Shown: piece by piece, positions 39,399-53,058 of the stretch | Position numbering within the stretch: the first letter of the stretch is position 1 | Layout: each line of letters starts with the position of its first letter | Source: Octopus sinensis | Taxonomy: Eukaryota | Length of the DNA stretch: 64,000 bases | Assembly: GCF_006345805.1 (NCBI RefSeq) | Contig: NC_042999.1 | Span: forward strand, 83,142,001-83,206,000 | Reading direction: 5' to 3' | Position numbers and translations under genes: made by a program | Notes under the pieces: generated by a model | Told to the model about the DNA's origin: nothing | The model's input: only the letters and a program-made list of their open reading frames with translations | The model's database searches: none

Positions 39399-39524
39399 AT
39401 AATTATTATTAAAAAAATTATAATACTTCGTATTAATTTATACCTAAAAGTTTTTACATGCTAGCTACTTGATAAAATCCTATATAGATTTTATTCTTGA
39501 TTATTGTTATTTATGTACGTATTG

Positions 39525-39567
<43 letters not shown>

Positions 39568-42520
39568 CTTGTGCATTTGTGTGTGTAAATGGGTTTATGT
39601 ATATTGTATATTGTATGTATGTAGTTGAATACATATGTTCATATGTTTTTTTGTATGTCTAGGGTGTTATCTTAATAGAGTACCACACATTTTAAAGGTC
39701 AAGTCGAAAGGGAATTAGCATACATCTCTAAGCGTGCTTGTGCATGCGTGTATGTACATGTGTGTGTGTTTGTGGGTCTACGTACGTATGTGTTTCCACT
39801 GTCTGTGCTGTGTGAATGCTTCTATATCTATCTCTGTTTCTTTGTGTGTGTGTGTATGCCCTGGGGGTGGTTTATCTTTGATATAGTTTTGATAGCCAGG
39901 TTTATCATTGGGTTTGCACAGGTGTATCTCTGTATGTATGTGTGTGGGTGTGCATGTCTATATACGTTTGTGTGTGCGTGTGTGTGTAAGGTGTATAATT
40001 ATGTCTGTTGAGTGTCTGGTTGTATTGAAGTGTGTGTGTGTGTGTGAAACCAGGCTTGTGTTTTGATATGATATAATTCTGAAGAGCAAGATGATAGAGG
40101 AAGAAATCTATTAAGATTAGAGATATGGTGTGTGTGTATACACATCTGTGCATTTGTGAGTGTACTTTGTGTGTATCTGTGTGTGTGTAATGTGTGTGAA
40201 AGCAAGAGAATTTATCTTAACTACATGAGCTACATGTGAAGGAATTTTCTTCACACTAAGCATACATAGTTTGTGTGTGTGTGTGTAGCTCTAGTGTATC
40301 TGTGAATCAAGATTAATATATTAAATAGGACATGTGTTTGAGCAGATCTTCATACTAAACACAGATAGTTATACGCAATGTGTCTTCTGTGTGCATACAG
40401 AGGTTTGTGTATGTCTGTGTGTGTAGTTTTGTGTGTTTAAATTCAAAACCTCCAGCTAAAGTTCAAATCTTACTTTGCTGTCTTTCACTTTGATGAAACA
40501 AGCAATAGTATCTTTCTTTTGGGAGAAGTGATGGTGGCAGTGGGGTTATTTAATCAATTATAATGCTTCCCACCTGTCCGTTTATATCTGCTCATTTAAA
40601 TCCGTTTTATCATGCTACTTTATATATGTGTGAGATAGATGCTGTTCTGCTGAGGCAATTGTTTGAATATCTGAACGCTCTTTCCATTGCTCAGCATTTA
40701 ACTGAGACCTATATACGATCACTTCAGTTGATAGAAAACGCAGACAGATTTCTATTAATCACTTCCTATAGTATTATGACAGCGAGAAAGCCATATCATA
40801 TAGTGTAGTCCTATATACACTATGTCACTAAAAAGGAAGGGCCGGAAAGCCTTTGTACTTGTGCATGTTTGACCAGGCGGATAACATGCTATAACAGCTG
40901 TGAATTATTTGTCAATCAGGCAAATTATATGATATATCATGCAGTTGTGTCTTTGCCTCGTCTACAGATTTATATTAATAACTGTTATAAAATCTAAAGT
41001 TATGACAATGCAGTTAGTCTGTACAGCACTTTGTCTCTCTTTCTATGTATCTCTTTATCTGTCTATCTTACCTGTCTCCTCTTCATGTCCATTGGCCAGC
41101 TTGGCCCAAGAGCTCATCCCCAGTTACCTTTTCTTGATAGAATAACATCCAACTTTTAAAAGATTTGGTTACACAGCTCTTTTCAGAATAAACCCTTTAT
41201 GACATAACAGGTGAATGTTGCAAGACCTTTCAGAAAATTATAATAGTTGAACATAACAACAGGTGTACTTGATACAGTCCTTTAACAAGTAAATATAACA
41301 AAGTACCATTTGAGCACTGGGGTTGATGTAATTGAATTAACTACTGTCAGGTATGACTATAAAATACTGCAACCCTCAGCCAAGCCAGGTCAAGCCAGTG
41401 TGAAGTGTAGGTTCATCAAACCAGTATAATCTCATGGTCTCCATACCAGACTGTGTCTGGTGGAGGGAACATGCTGAACCCTTCGACCTACAGTGGACTG
41501 AACATAGGCAATCCAATCCAGTCCCGTAACAATCCTCTAGAACCTAACATCAGATGAATATAACAGCCTTTTATGACAAATATACCAATTTAGAACACGA
41601 AAACAGGTAAACATGGATACAACTATTTAGAACATAATACCACTGTTCAGAGCATAATCACAGGTAAACATAACACCATCTTTTAGACATAATAAGCAAG
41701 TGATATTGCCACAACTATTTAAAGCAACATAACAGGTGCACAAGATACAAATTAGAGGAACATAATAGATTAATCAGTATAGTTATAAAACTGACCTGCT
41801 TTAATTAGCAGCCAAATTCCCATCAAATCATTCCTTATTTTAAACACATTAGGTAATGTGCATATTTAGAATAATGATCTCATGGATATATTATTTATAT
41901 CTTTAACAAAGATTGGATAATTGCAGCTTGAAGGCCTTTGACCTGCAGTCTGCTTTGGCAGGACTGAGAGGGGCTTAATCAAATTCTAAAGAAGTGATAA
42001 AAAATAAACCCAAAATGTCTTTATTAATTTCTTAATTCATAATTATAAAGTTTCGCTGTTGTTCTGTAATAGTGTCTGCTTAAAGAACCTTTCTCAATAA
42101 AAAACTAATTACCAATGTCTCTTTGACATGAATTGAATCAGGCACCTCTTGTTTACCAAGCTTATGTGCTAATTATTGCATGCAACATAGGGATGTTGTA
42201 TAATGCCTCTCTGCATGTAGAAGTAAAAGAAGTATGGGATGTGATGAGGTTCAAACTTTTCTTTGGGTTTTGGTGGGTTAGCAGTAGCCGAAATGTAAAG
42301 CTAACACCACCGTCACTGCCACCACCACTACCACTACTACCACCATTCAAGAATTGAAACTCATTACCATTTGATCTGACTTCCTTGAAAACTGAACTGG
42401 TTGTTTGTATCAATCAAAAAACCATTTAATTTCTTTTAGTTCTTTGTTTCATTATTCTCTGCAAAATTGTCCCTCCTGGTCCCACCCCGCTGTTCTTAGA
42501 CATCCTTTAGCTTCAAATAC

Positions 42521-42555
<35 letters not shown>

Positions 42556-43977
42556 AATTCCAAATAGTTTGTTGATTGTTTCAAATCTCTTTATTGTTGT
42601 TATCATTTCCAGATTAGTCTACTCCAAACATGTACGCATTCATACAAACATATATACACACCCCATAGCTTGTTGATGTTTGCATGTTTATTTGACATTT
42701 TTTTTTCTTCCATTGTTCATGCTGTTGGTGTTGTTTTGTTTTGTTTGTCACATCCGGCTGGTCCCTTCTGTTACACATCCTCATCAACATGTTTTTGCAT
42801 GTACACATACGCTCGTACCCCCACCTCACCCCTGCCACCAATCCCAGTTTATTGTTGGCCCCTATTTAGGTGATTTCCTGCAGCTATTACATGTGTGACA
42901 TATGTGCACATGCAACCTTGCCCCTTTCTCTCTCTTTCTTGCTTTGTCTGTCTGTCTGTCTCTCTCTCTCTCATACACGCACACATCCTTCTCCCTCTCT
43001 CTCATTCACACACATACCTCTTTCTGTCTGTCTGTCTCTCTCTATATCAAATGCATGTCTCTCTTTCTCTCACACAGACACACACACACATACTCATGCA
43101 CAAGCATGCATATCTCACCCTATCTGTCCGACACACCTTTTTTTTATGCATATATCTCCTTCATCTCTCTCTAATACATACACATCCATACAGCTCTCCC
43201 CACTCTCTCTCTCTATCTCTCTCTCACACACACACACATCCTTCTTTTCACCCCCCCCCAGTCTCTTAACACACACACACACACAAATGCATGCATGTCA
43301 TATGAATGAAAAATGCCCAAGGCAGGCAGATGAGGTGTTTTCTGTGAGAAGGGTATTGTAGTGGTGGATGTGAAGTGTTTCCTCCTAACCCTTTAAAAAG
43401 TACTTCTGACCTTTTCTATTCTTTTACGACCTGACTTTTGGCCTCTAGTCTTCCCTATTCATCTCCACTCCCCAACTCTGCATGGCACTTTCTTTCATTA
43501 CAGATTCTATTAAATGTGAGAGAGAATGCGTTTGTGTGCTGTTCATAGGAAAGGCATGAACATAACATAGGCTTTATATCCTTGACAACTTCCACTGAAG
43601 GAAGAATTAGCAACAGACACAAAATAATTAATAATTTTAAATGAGGGCTGTAATTATCATCAGGGTATAGCTAGTGTCACTACTTCAGTATATACTGATC
43701 AGCATTTAGTCTTGCTGAATAATATTTGCATTGCTGAAGAGGTGTAATAAGACGGAAACATGTATGTTACTTTCACCAGTTACCTTTAAAGAACAGTCAA
43801 TTGTTTATATTTTCCTAAAGCTTCAATCAACAGGTTTTATCAAAATTACCTCCCTTGCTTGATTTTATATTTTAAGTATCCATAGAGGTTCTTACCTTTT
43901 GATTACTCGGATAAGCTCAATAGATCAAGGTTTTTCAATCCTTTGTACGATAGCTATGAAGAAGTACACCTCTTAAG

Positions 43978-44095
43978 CCTGTGGTTTCTGGTTCCGGTAC
44001 ACTGCATGGCACCTTGGGCAAGTGTCTTCTACTATAGCCTCGGGCCAACCAAAACCTTGTGAGTGGATTTGGTAGACGGAAACTGAAAGAAGACC

Positions 44096-44132
<37 letters not shown>

Positions 44133-44335
44133 GTGTGTGTGTATATGTTTGTGTGCCTGTGTTTGTCCCCCCCAACAGTGCCTGACAACCGATGGTGGTG
44201 TGTTTACGTCCCCGTAACTTAGCGATTCGGCAAAAAAGACCGATAGAGTAAGTACTAGGCTTCCAAAGAATAAGTGCTGGGGTAGATTTGCTCAACTAAA
44301 GGTGGTGCTCCAGCATGGCCACAGTCAAATGACTG
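43978..44335 (+). mobile_element. SINE family B (CORE-like), 5'-truncated, well conserved
   Basis: GGCACCTTGGGCAAGTGTCTTCTACTATAGCCTCGGGCC. Confidence 0.85.
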
Positions 44336-44629
44336 TGAGTGTTACTTTCTTGACATCTGCATGATAGTTGTAAGCAAGTGTCACCATCGTGCATGTCGTG
44401 CCTTTTCATTTCATCTTCCATGAAGACCTGTCTGGTCATGAGGAAATTATTACCTTACTTGAAAATTAATTAGTGTTGGCATGAGGAAAGGCATCTGGTT
44501 CTAGAAAATCTGCCTCAATATATTCTGTCTGACCCATGCAGGTATCGAAAAGTGGAAGTTAAAACAATGGTAGTGGTGATGATTAAACCTAAAAGTATAA
44601 AAGACTGGAGTCAGCTGAATGGTATTTCA

Positions 44630-45045
44630 GGCAGTGAGCTGGCAGAAACGTTAACACGCCGTGCAAAATGCTTAGCAGTATTTTGTCTGCCGTTACATTC
44701 TGGGTTCAAATTCCACCGAGGTCGACTTTGCCTTTCATCCTTTCGGGGTCGATTAAATAAGTACTAGTTACGCACAGGGGTCGATATAATCGACTTAATC
44801 CCTTTGTCTGTCCTTGTTTGTCCTCTCTGTGTTTAGCCCCTTGTGGGTAGTAAAGAAATAGGAATTTTGTCTGCTGTTATGTTCTGAGTTCAAATTCCGC
44901 CGAGGTCGACTTTGCTTGTCATCCTTTCGGGGTCAATAAATTAAGAACCAGTTATGCACTGGGGTCAATGTAATCGACTTAATACCTTTGTCTGTCCTTG
45001 TTTGTCCCCTCTATGTTTAGCCCCCTTGTGGGTAATAAAGAAATA
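44630..45045 (+). mobile_element. SINE family A tandem dimer (tail A plus tail A)
   Basis: Two bodies; near-identical flanks GGTATTTCA (44621-44629) and GGTGTTTCA (45046-45054). Confidence 0.85.
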
Positions 45046-45059
45046 GGTGTTTCAACACA

Positions 45060-45325
45060 GATCACAAATCATTTATGCCTTTATGGAAACCTGCCGAAAA
45101 TTAGCAATAAGATCAGACAAAGACGGCTGCGACTATCTGGTCACTGTGTGCACACACCCTGAATTAGAAGCATCCAGAATAGTCTAATGAAACCGACTTC
45201 ATGGTGATGTAAGAAGAGGAAAAACATCATTACACTTACATCGACAACTTGATTTCAGACATTGCCCTGGAATGTATCCAGGACCTTGAGGCAGTGATGC
45301 TGGACCAAAAAGTGTGGTGGGTGGG
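45060..45325 (+). pseudogene. LINE (RTE/RTEX-like) C-terminal fossil
   Basis: LYGNLPKISNKIRQRRLRLSGHCV, then frameshifted YIDNLISDIALECIQDLEAVMLDQKVW. Confidence 0.7.
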
Positions 45326-45853
45326 CTTTGTTGCTCCAGCTGGGTTGGAACCCAGCCATAACAAAATAATAAATTTATGACCATTGCTTCTACTTTGCTC
45401 GTTGCCCCTGCCCTGAATAATGAAATGTTGACAAGCATTACATCTTGAATAAGTTGTCATACTGCATATTCCCCCCCCCCTGCCTCACCCTGCCTGCCCC
45501 ACACACCCACATGCTTTGTCCATTTCTTTGAAATTTAGCTTCTTTCGTTTTAATTTACTCCGTATATATATAATATATAATGTGTGCGTGAGTGGGTTGA
45601 GGTGTTCACACAAACACATTCCCATCCACACACATACATCCACATTTGCACACATATGAACTTGTGCGTGTGTATGTAAATATACTTGTGTGTGTGTATG
45701 TATATATACTTGTGTGTATGTATATATATATATATATATATACTTGTGTATGTGTATGCATTAGTGTATCTGTACATGTCACGGGGGGACACACATGCAC
45801 ACATTCCACATGCATATCAATACTAGATGTAAAAAAAAAGAAATACATTTGCA

Positions 45854-46649
45854 CTAGAATCCATTGAACATGCCAGAGTTGTCTGGTGAAAAGACCTTCA
45901 AAAGTCAATTACATGATTAATTAATTAATTAATTAGTTAATTACAAAAAGTAAATAACAACCTACGCATGTGTTTTAATTGGCAGAATGACCCTTCAAAA
46001 TACAATACACACAAAAAAAGCAAGGTTGTCCCATGGAACCATGGGTATTCTTAAGTGGGTTACGATCATACATCTGCTTGATGAGGGCTCATTAATGAGG
46101 ACTAAACTACAACAGTGTTAATGTAGAGTGGAGTCTGCACTCAAGGCTTCACTTTGTGCTGGTGAGTTTAAAGTCAAATTTGCTTGGTGGAGTATTCTTC
46201 CAATTACAGAAGCTGCTTGAGTAAATGAATAAGATATCGGACTACCTGCTCATAAATGCTAAACTCAAGTCCACTGAATTTTATTACTGTTCTAGCAGTA
46301 ATTTTTGAAATTTTTGAAAAGTAAAAATTTTGCATTATGTAGCTTGTTATTCTCTTTAAGTGAGCCTTTTTTCTGGTTGAAATACACTGAAAAATGGCGA
46401 CACAGCAGTCAAAAAATCGTAAAAAATAGGGATTTTCATAGAAAAGAAGCACCTTTTTGATGTAAATAATTTTTGTTGTTAACATGATCCGATTTGAATT
46501 TTTTCTTCTATGGAATGAAGAGCAAGCCTTCTTCTATCATACTCTCAATTTTGGTCGACTTGTGCTGCAGTTTCTCGGAGGAGATAGTGTTAGTTGAAGG
46601 CTACCAAACCTGCCATACACAGACAACTTCAGCTTTATATAGAGAGAGA
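45854..46649 (-). mobile_element. Probable non-autonomous Helitron
   Basis: Minus strand starts A|TCTCTCTCTATATAAAGCTG and ends with hairpin CCAGA-CAAC-TCTGG, 15 nt, then CTAG|T; no TSD. Confidence 0.5.
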
Positions 46650-46855
46650 TTTATTTTGAGATGCTCTGTGTTTCTTTCAATTAATTTTAAATATAACAAA
46701 GAATTTAGTAAAATAACTTAGATATCATCAAGCTGGTGTTAGGAACATAAATTGTGACTAAGGTTTGGTGGAAGATTTAAGTTCAAAACTTATGAAAACA
46801 AGACATTTGTACTACAGAACCAGAGGCAGTTCAGCTGGGTTTGTATTGAAAGGGT
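46650..46855. mobile_element. piggyBac-like MITE type 1, left end missing
   Basis: Homologous to 30166-30385; ends GAAAGGG|TTAA; left end replaced at the Helitron-like junction. Confidence 0.75.
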
Positions 46856-47513
46856 TAAGTATCTTTTGATGTTGTTTGGTAATGGTGATACAGTGACACT
46901 GTACATGTTAAAGAGAGTTTTGTTGTTAGTTTTTAAGAGATATTACAACTATAACTAAAGAGACTTGTTAGTCTGCCTCATGGTCCTGGTAGGCAAAATG
47001 GATAAGGTGTTGCCCCAGAGGATGGCAAAGGAAATGCGTTGAAACAGCCACTGACTCATGGGGCTCACACTATGTGGATAGCCATCTCTAAACCCAATAG
47101 CTATGAGCAGAGATGAAGTCCAGGGCCAAGAATAGTTGGAGGTTTCCAGTGTCTTGCAGGAAATCGGTTTGTGGTGGTAAAAAGTTGTGTGCTGCTGCCC
47201 TAAAGGATAATGGTAGTCTGAGATTCATTATTGTCTGAAAAATAGAAAGGATGATATAGTTACATTTGTTTGGTCAGTTCTCCTGATATTGCACACATGC
47301 TTGCAGACACACACACACACAGTGTGTAAATTAGAGAAGGATTAGATCTGTTGACATGACTCACTCCTAATACGCTAATGGTGTAAACAAAATTTTCAGT
47401 AAGCTTTTATTACTCTGTGTAAGGGAGTAATTGTGTGTGTACAGACTTGTACATACTTACTGTAAAATTCAGAAAAATAAGAAAAGTTTTTATCAAGTGT
47501 AAATACACACACA

Positions 47514-47583
<70 letters not shown>

Positions 47584-48289
47584 CTCTCTCTTTGTATGTT
47601 CTGTTTTTCTTATTCTCTCTGTCTCCCTCTCATCCTCACATGAACATGCACATATGCTCTCTTACACACACACACAAACAAGCATATTCTTTGTATGTTC
47701 TCATACACAATCTGACTGCAGGTTCTGTGTCCTCTCTGCTGTACAGTATTGATAAGATGCACAGCCATTGAACATACACACAGGTACACACACACAAACC
47801 TACACAGGCTACCATGTGTATAAAGCAGTATCAGTAATCATTCATACATACATATAACGCTTTTACTTAACACTGACTCGCCACTGTCTTATCACACATA
47901 AACAAGAATACTGTTTCGAAATCAATTAAAACCGTTATTGATTCAACTAAAATTAGTGCCACCATCACCACCACATCATTCTGCAAGTAATCATTTAGTG
48001 TCAGAGCATTGCTGACTTGTGGAGTTAAAAAAAACAAGTAGTTGTTATTGTGTGAAGAATTGAATTTTCCTCTCATCTCGGCTAGGTCTGTCAGGTGGAT
48101 TCTCTCCTGTTCCTCTCCATTGACCTGTAAGGGTGGGCAGTTTTCTGATGTTATTGTTTAGCCAGAGGTGACCTTTGACCAAGCAGGCCTATGGTCAAGG
48201 GAACTTCCAGTTGTAACTATGCCATCTTTTCTTTGTCTGCATCGAACCAGGGCTACATCAAATATGTCTATTCTAAGACGATAGGTTGT

Positions 48290-48523
48290 AAGGCAGCGAG
48301 CTGGCAGAGACGTTAGCACGCCAGGCGAAGTGCTTCACAGTATTTCGCCCGCTGCTACGTTCTGAGTTCAAATTCTGCCGAGGTCGACTTTGCCTTTCAT
48401 CCTTTCAAGGTCGATAAATCAACTACCAGTTACGCACTGGGGTCGATGTAATCGACTTAATCTGTTTGTCTGTCCTTATTTGTCCCCTCTATGTTTAGCC
48501 TCTTGTGGGTAATAAAGAAACCT
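48290..48523 (+). mobile_element. SINE family A full length (tail A) with TSD
   Basis: ATAGGTTGTAA at 48281-48291 and 48524-48534. Confidence 0.9.
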
Positions 48524-49069
48524 ATAGGTTGTAATTTGAGTAAGATTTAGCTGTTATTTCTGTTTTGTTACTGACTTATGGAGTTGATGGTGCAACATTA
48601 AGTGTTGGAGAAGGCTTTCAGTAATGGTAGTGTCTCCTATATTTCTACTGTTTGTGACTGTAACAAATAACAAGATTGAACATACTGAAGAGTAACCCCT
48701 TAAGTCTTCATCAACTTCAAGTTCTGCTTGGCAAGGAGTGTGCTGCCCCCTTAGCACATTTGTTGAAGGGTGAGTGAGAGCAGCAAAACAGTCTATAAGA
48801 ATGGGTCTACTTTTAGCATGATCCTGACAACCTGAGAACACAGCCATGATGCATCACCTCTCTTGCTCATCATGGTAATCCTAGATTTTTGAGATTCCTC
48901 TCCTTTGGACTGTGTTGGACAACAGGACACTTTTATGTAATGGCAGCGCAGACAGACTTGTTTTATTTTCATAGTCCATTCTGCATAAATCGTCACTATT
49001 TTGTTTTTATTTGTCTTTGTACTCTCCCTTCATCTATTGCCTTGTGACTAATAGAAGAAATAATAATAA

Positions 49070-49635
49070 TTATTATTATTATTATTATTTATTGTCTTTG
49101 CACAGCTTCTTATGCTGGAGATGTACCGTGGTGCCACCTATTCACTACCAGTGAACTAAGCTAACCTCCCCTATTTTTCAAGCACCATCCGGAGTATTTA
49201 AGCGGTTCCGAGCATTGCTGTATTCTGCAAGTGTTCCACCTTTATTGCAGCCCCTTTTTGCTCCATGTACTTCTCGAGATTTTTTACTCACTGTTCCCAG
49301 GGCTCCAGCAGTTTTTGGTACTACTACCACCTTTTTCATTGGCCGTAGCTGCTTAACCTCCCAAGCTAACCTGTCATATCAACTTTTCTTTCTTCCTTGT
49401 CACATACCTTGTTGTCAGCTGAGCATGCTATATCTATGATCCAGCATCATTTGCTTTCTTTTTCAATTAACACTATGTCTGGTTTACTATTATCTCACTG
49501 AATCATAAAATCCCATAGGATCATTATCATTTTCGATTGATGCCTTCAGGTTTATGTTCATACCAACTTTTTGCTCTTTCAAAATGTCCAATGGACAATC
49601 CTCTCTTATATTCTTTCTGGGTTTGTGGCATAATG
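49070..49635 (-). mobile_element. 5'-truncated RLE-type non-LTR retrotransposon (R4/Dong-like) in a (TAA)n tract
   Basis: Decayed QKEYKR..SWYEHKPEG..LWDF.IQ..KPDIVLIEK..IIDIA..YDRLAWEVKQLRPMKKVVVVP..GALGTVSK..LQNTAMLGTA.ILRMVLEK*; (TAA)n on both sides. Confidence 0.8.
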
Positions 49636-51810
49636 GTGGTAATTATTATTATTATTATTATTATTATTGTCTTGCTAATTACTTGATGACCACACAATGG
49701 TTTCTCCATTGCACCAGTACACTTTGTATAGCAGTTGGTTGTTGAGACCATGCAAAAGTAGACATTGGAGCTTGATGCATTCTTCTGGCTCATCAGATCC
49801 TATCAAACCATGCAACTTATGCCAGTATAGAAAGCAGACATTGGATTATTGCTTTTATTATTATTATTATTATTATTATCATTTTGATGATAATGATGCT
49901 GCTGATATCAGTCTTCTATTGTGAACTATAGAATAGTGATTTCCTGAGTGAAACCTTTTGCATTAGACTTTGGTGAAAAATGGCTTTTACTATTATAGCA
50001 TATTGAAACACATTTATTGCTGTAATTTCTCAATTCCTGCATGTATTTATGTGTAAGTGTATGTGTATTAATGTCTAACATTGGTATAAAGTCACAAATT
50101 TGAAGGGAGTGTAGTCAATTATAATCAGCCAGTACTTGACTAGCATTTTATTTTATCGAACCCAAGATGAAAAGCGAAGTTGATTTTGTCAGAATTCAAA
50201 ATCAAAATGTAATGGGTTTATAACTAAATACCACAGGTCACGTTGTCCAGTGCTCCAATAATACTATCTATCCACCACCTTAAATATGTATGTGTGTGTG
50301 TGTGTTAGAGATGAATGGAAATTTTCATGTGAAATGTCAAAAAGTTTGGGTACATTTTATTTCTGTAATTCAGTCATTGATACAATTCCACTACATCACT
50401 GAGCTTATAAGCTTTGATACTTCATAACAATTGATACTATTTAGAAATAAAAATGAAAATGAATGTAATAGTTTGTGTGCTTTTGAATAACTAAATTGGG
50501 TATTTATTTTCCTTTTTATCCTGTATAATGCCATACTTTTAATCTTCCTGGAAGTTTTGTTCTTCTAAAGTTTGATACAAAAGGTTTCATGTCAGTCTAC
50601 TCTCTTACATACATGTGTTGTATCACATGCTTTTACTGTATAAGTAAATGCAGTTTTGTGTAGGCTGGGTATATACTGCGTTTTGTTGAGTATTTTTGTT
50701 ATTCTCCTGTATAGAAAGTACTCTATGCAATGTATACAGTGCTTTGTAATGCTATTTTCTGTATGTTACACATGCAAGTCATAAGGTTTTACTTATGTAT
50801 TTATTTGTCTGCATATTCTTTGTTGTTTTGTTTTTTATCCACCTCAAGGTGCCTTTCTTGTGGAAGAGACACATTTTACTGGTTGGTGGACCATCTACTG
50901 CCAAACCCTTCTCCATGAAGGACTTAGCATGTCAAAGCATATGATACCTAGACATCCACTGAGGCTGTGGCACCTGCAGAGATATCAGGATGGTGAACAG
51001 GTGTAGTTGTTGTTTCTGAGACATGTTTTTCCATAGCTTGTCTTCACAGAACCTGGCACACACAAAAACTGTTTGTCAGTAATTCAACCAGTGAAATTTC
51101 CACTTTCTATACAGGACTAATAGTAGGAAAGCATCAACAATGTTCTCAGAGGAACTCTAAGCATTAACAAGAATCAACTGGCAAGTCTAATTTCTAGAGG
51201 ATTTGCAAACCAATGGACATCTTCAAGAAATTCCATGCACTAAGATAAATACTACATACATGAAAATTTCGTCAGCTGGCCAGACCAAAAAGCAGACATA
51301 GCAACAACACCCTTCTGCAGATACTCATTTAGTATCCATGCATTGATTTATGTAAGATTGAGTTATGTAAGATTGATTCTAAGTACTAGCTAAATCTATC
51401 ATGAAAATCATCTTGGTCCTATCTTAGGCTGAGAAGGGCATGCAGTTTTTCTGTAGCCAAAGACAAGATTACTGAAAGGACCCAAAACTGATACTTTCTT
51501 TATTTGGTTAAACCTTCATTAATGCCTTTATTAATTTCTTGAAGTTCCATTTTGAGGTGAGTGTGAGGCTGGAAAGTGAGATGGTTCCCTCCAATAAATT
51601 TGTTAAAAAATGGATAAGAGTGGTGTGCCTTGTTTGTGTGAATGGAACTATTCTCAGCATGCCTTTAAAAGCCAGGAATTATAACTGGAAAAAGACCTGA
51701 TCTGAGTAATTCTTGATCTGTAGAATTCATTGATTGGTAGGCCTCCTCTCGGGACATTCTTCATATTTGTGTGTACATTCCTTTTTTTTTTTTTCTTTTT
51801 TGTTCTTACA

Positions 51811-52125
51811 TGCTGGCATGGCTGTATGATGTTTGCTTCTCAATCTCGTGGTTCTGGGTTCAGTCCCACTGTTTGGCATCTTAGGCGAGTGTCTTTTATT
51901 ATAGCCACAGGCTGACCAAAGCCTTATCAGTGAATTTGTTGGACAGAATCTGAAGGAACCTTAACATGTGTGTGTCTGTGTTTGCCCACCACCAACCACT
52001 GTTTGACAACCAGTGTTGGTTTATTTATGTCTCCATTACTTCGCAGTTCAATAAAAGAAAGAGACTGATGGTACCCCAACATGGTTGAAGTTCAATGACT
52101 GAAACAAATAAAAGAAAACAGATTC
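51811..52125 (+). mobile_element. SINE family B, diverged
   Basis: GGGTTCAGTCCCACTG..GGCATCTTAGGCGAGTGTC. Confidence 0.65.
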
Positions 52126-53058
52126 CATTCAATTCCAATGAAAACCAAATGCATTTCCATTCATGTGTCTTTATAACATTCCCTCGGCTAGCATCAGTGT
52201 GATTACAATAAAGTAAAGGAATATCTTCACTGCTACTACTGCTATAACTAATATAGCATTTACTACTATTGCTACCAAAATATCTACCAACAACATCATC
52301 ACTGGTTCCATCACCACCACTGCCACCACCACCTCCAAATTCCATCAGTGTCAACTAATTATCTTCATTCAACACATTTCATAAACATTCATGTTTACTA
52401 CAAAATGCGTATATACGCACGCGTGCACGCACACACACATTCATTTCCACAACTACATATGCACCCACACATTCAAACATACATTCCTATCTCTCTCTCA
52501 CACACACAAACACCCATACATACATATGCACACACAAATACCCAAGTACAACTACACACATATTACACACAGCTACATATGCACACATACACACACACAC
52601 ACAACTACATATGCACGCACACACACACACACACACACATACACACCACACACACACACAACTGTTCACATACATATTACAAGCTTATCTCAACTTTGTG
52701 AGACTTATTTGTTACCAGTTTTCTGACATCTTATACTGTAATTTCTCAGTAATATATAATAAAGGAACTGTTGCCTTTTGTTTTCTACTTGGCACTAGGG
52801 AACGGTTTGGTGGGTGGGGATGAGGGAATGAACCCCTCAACCCCCATGGCTAACTGGGAGTGAGCTGTAGGTTATTTACATTTTTATTTGTTTTTGCAAA
52901 TTTTTTTTCTTAAATTTTGTTTTGAAAAAGTTATTTTTGCCATTTTTGTTGTTGTTTAAGCCCCATCCCCAAAGCCAAACCTTGCTGTAGCAGAATATTA
53001 TTCCGCATAGGTGGCAGTGTTCTATTCATGACTTTTCTCTGCCATGGTTTATCTAAGA

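Noticed and set aside
43896-43953. In-frame TGA in a candidate exon (IVQRIEKP*SIELIRVIK), suggesting selenocysteine or A-to-I stop-to-Trp recoding
   Set aside because: The exon itself is unsupported, there is no SECIS or homology evidence, and a stop in random sequence is expected
48560-49000. Possible decayed LINE ORF on the minus strand
   Set aside because: No convincing conserved motif could be read
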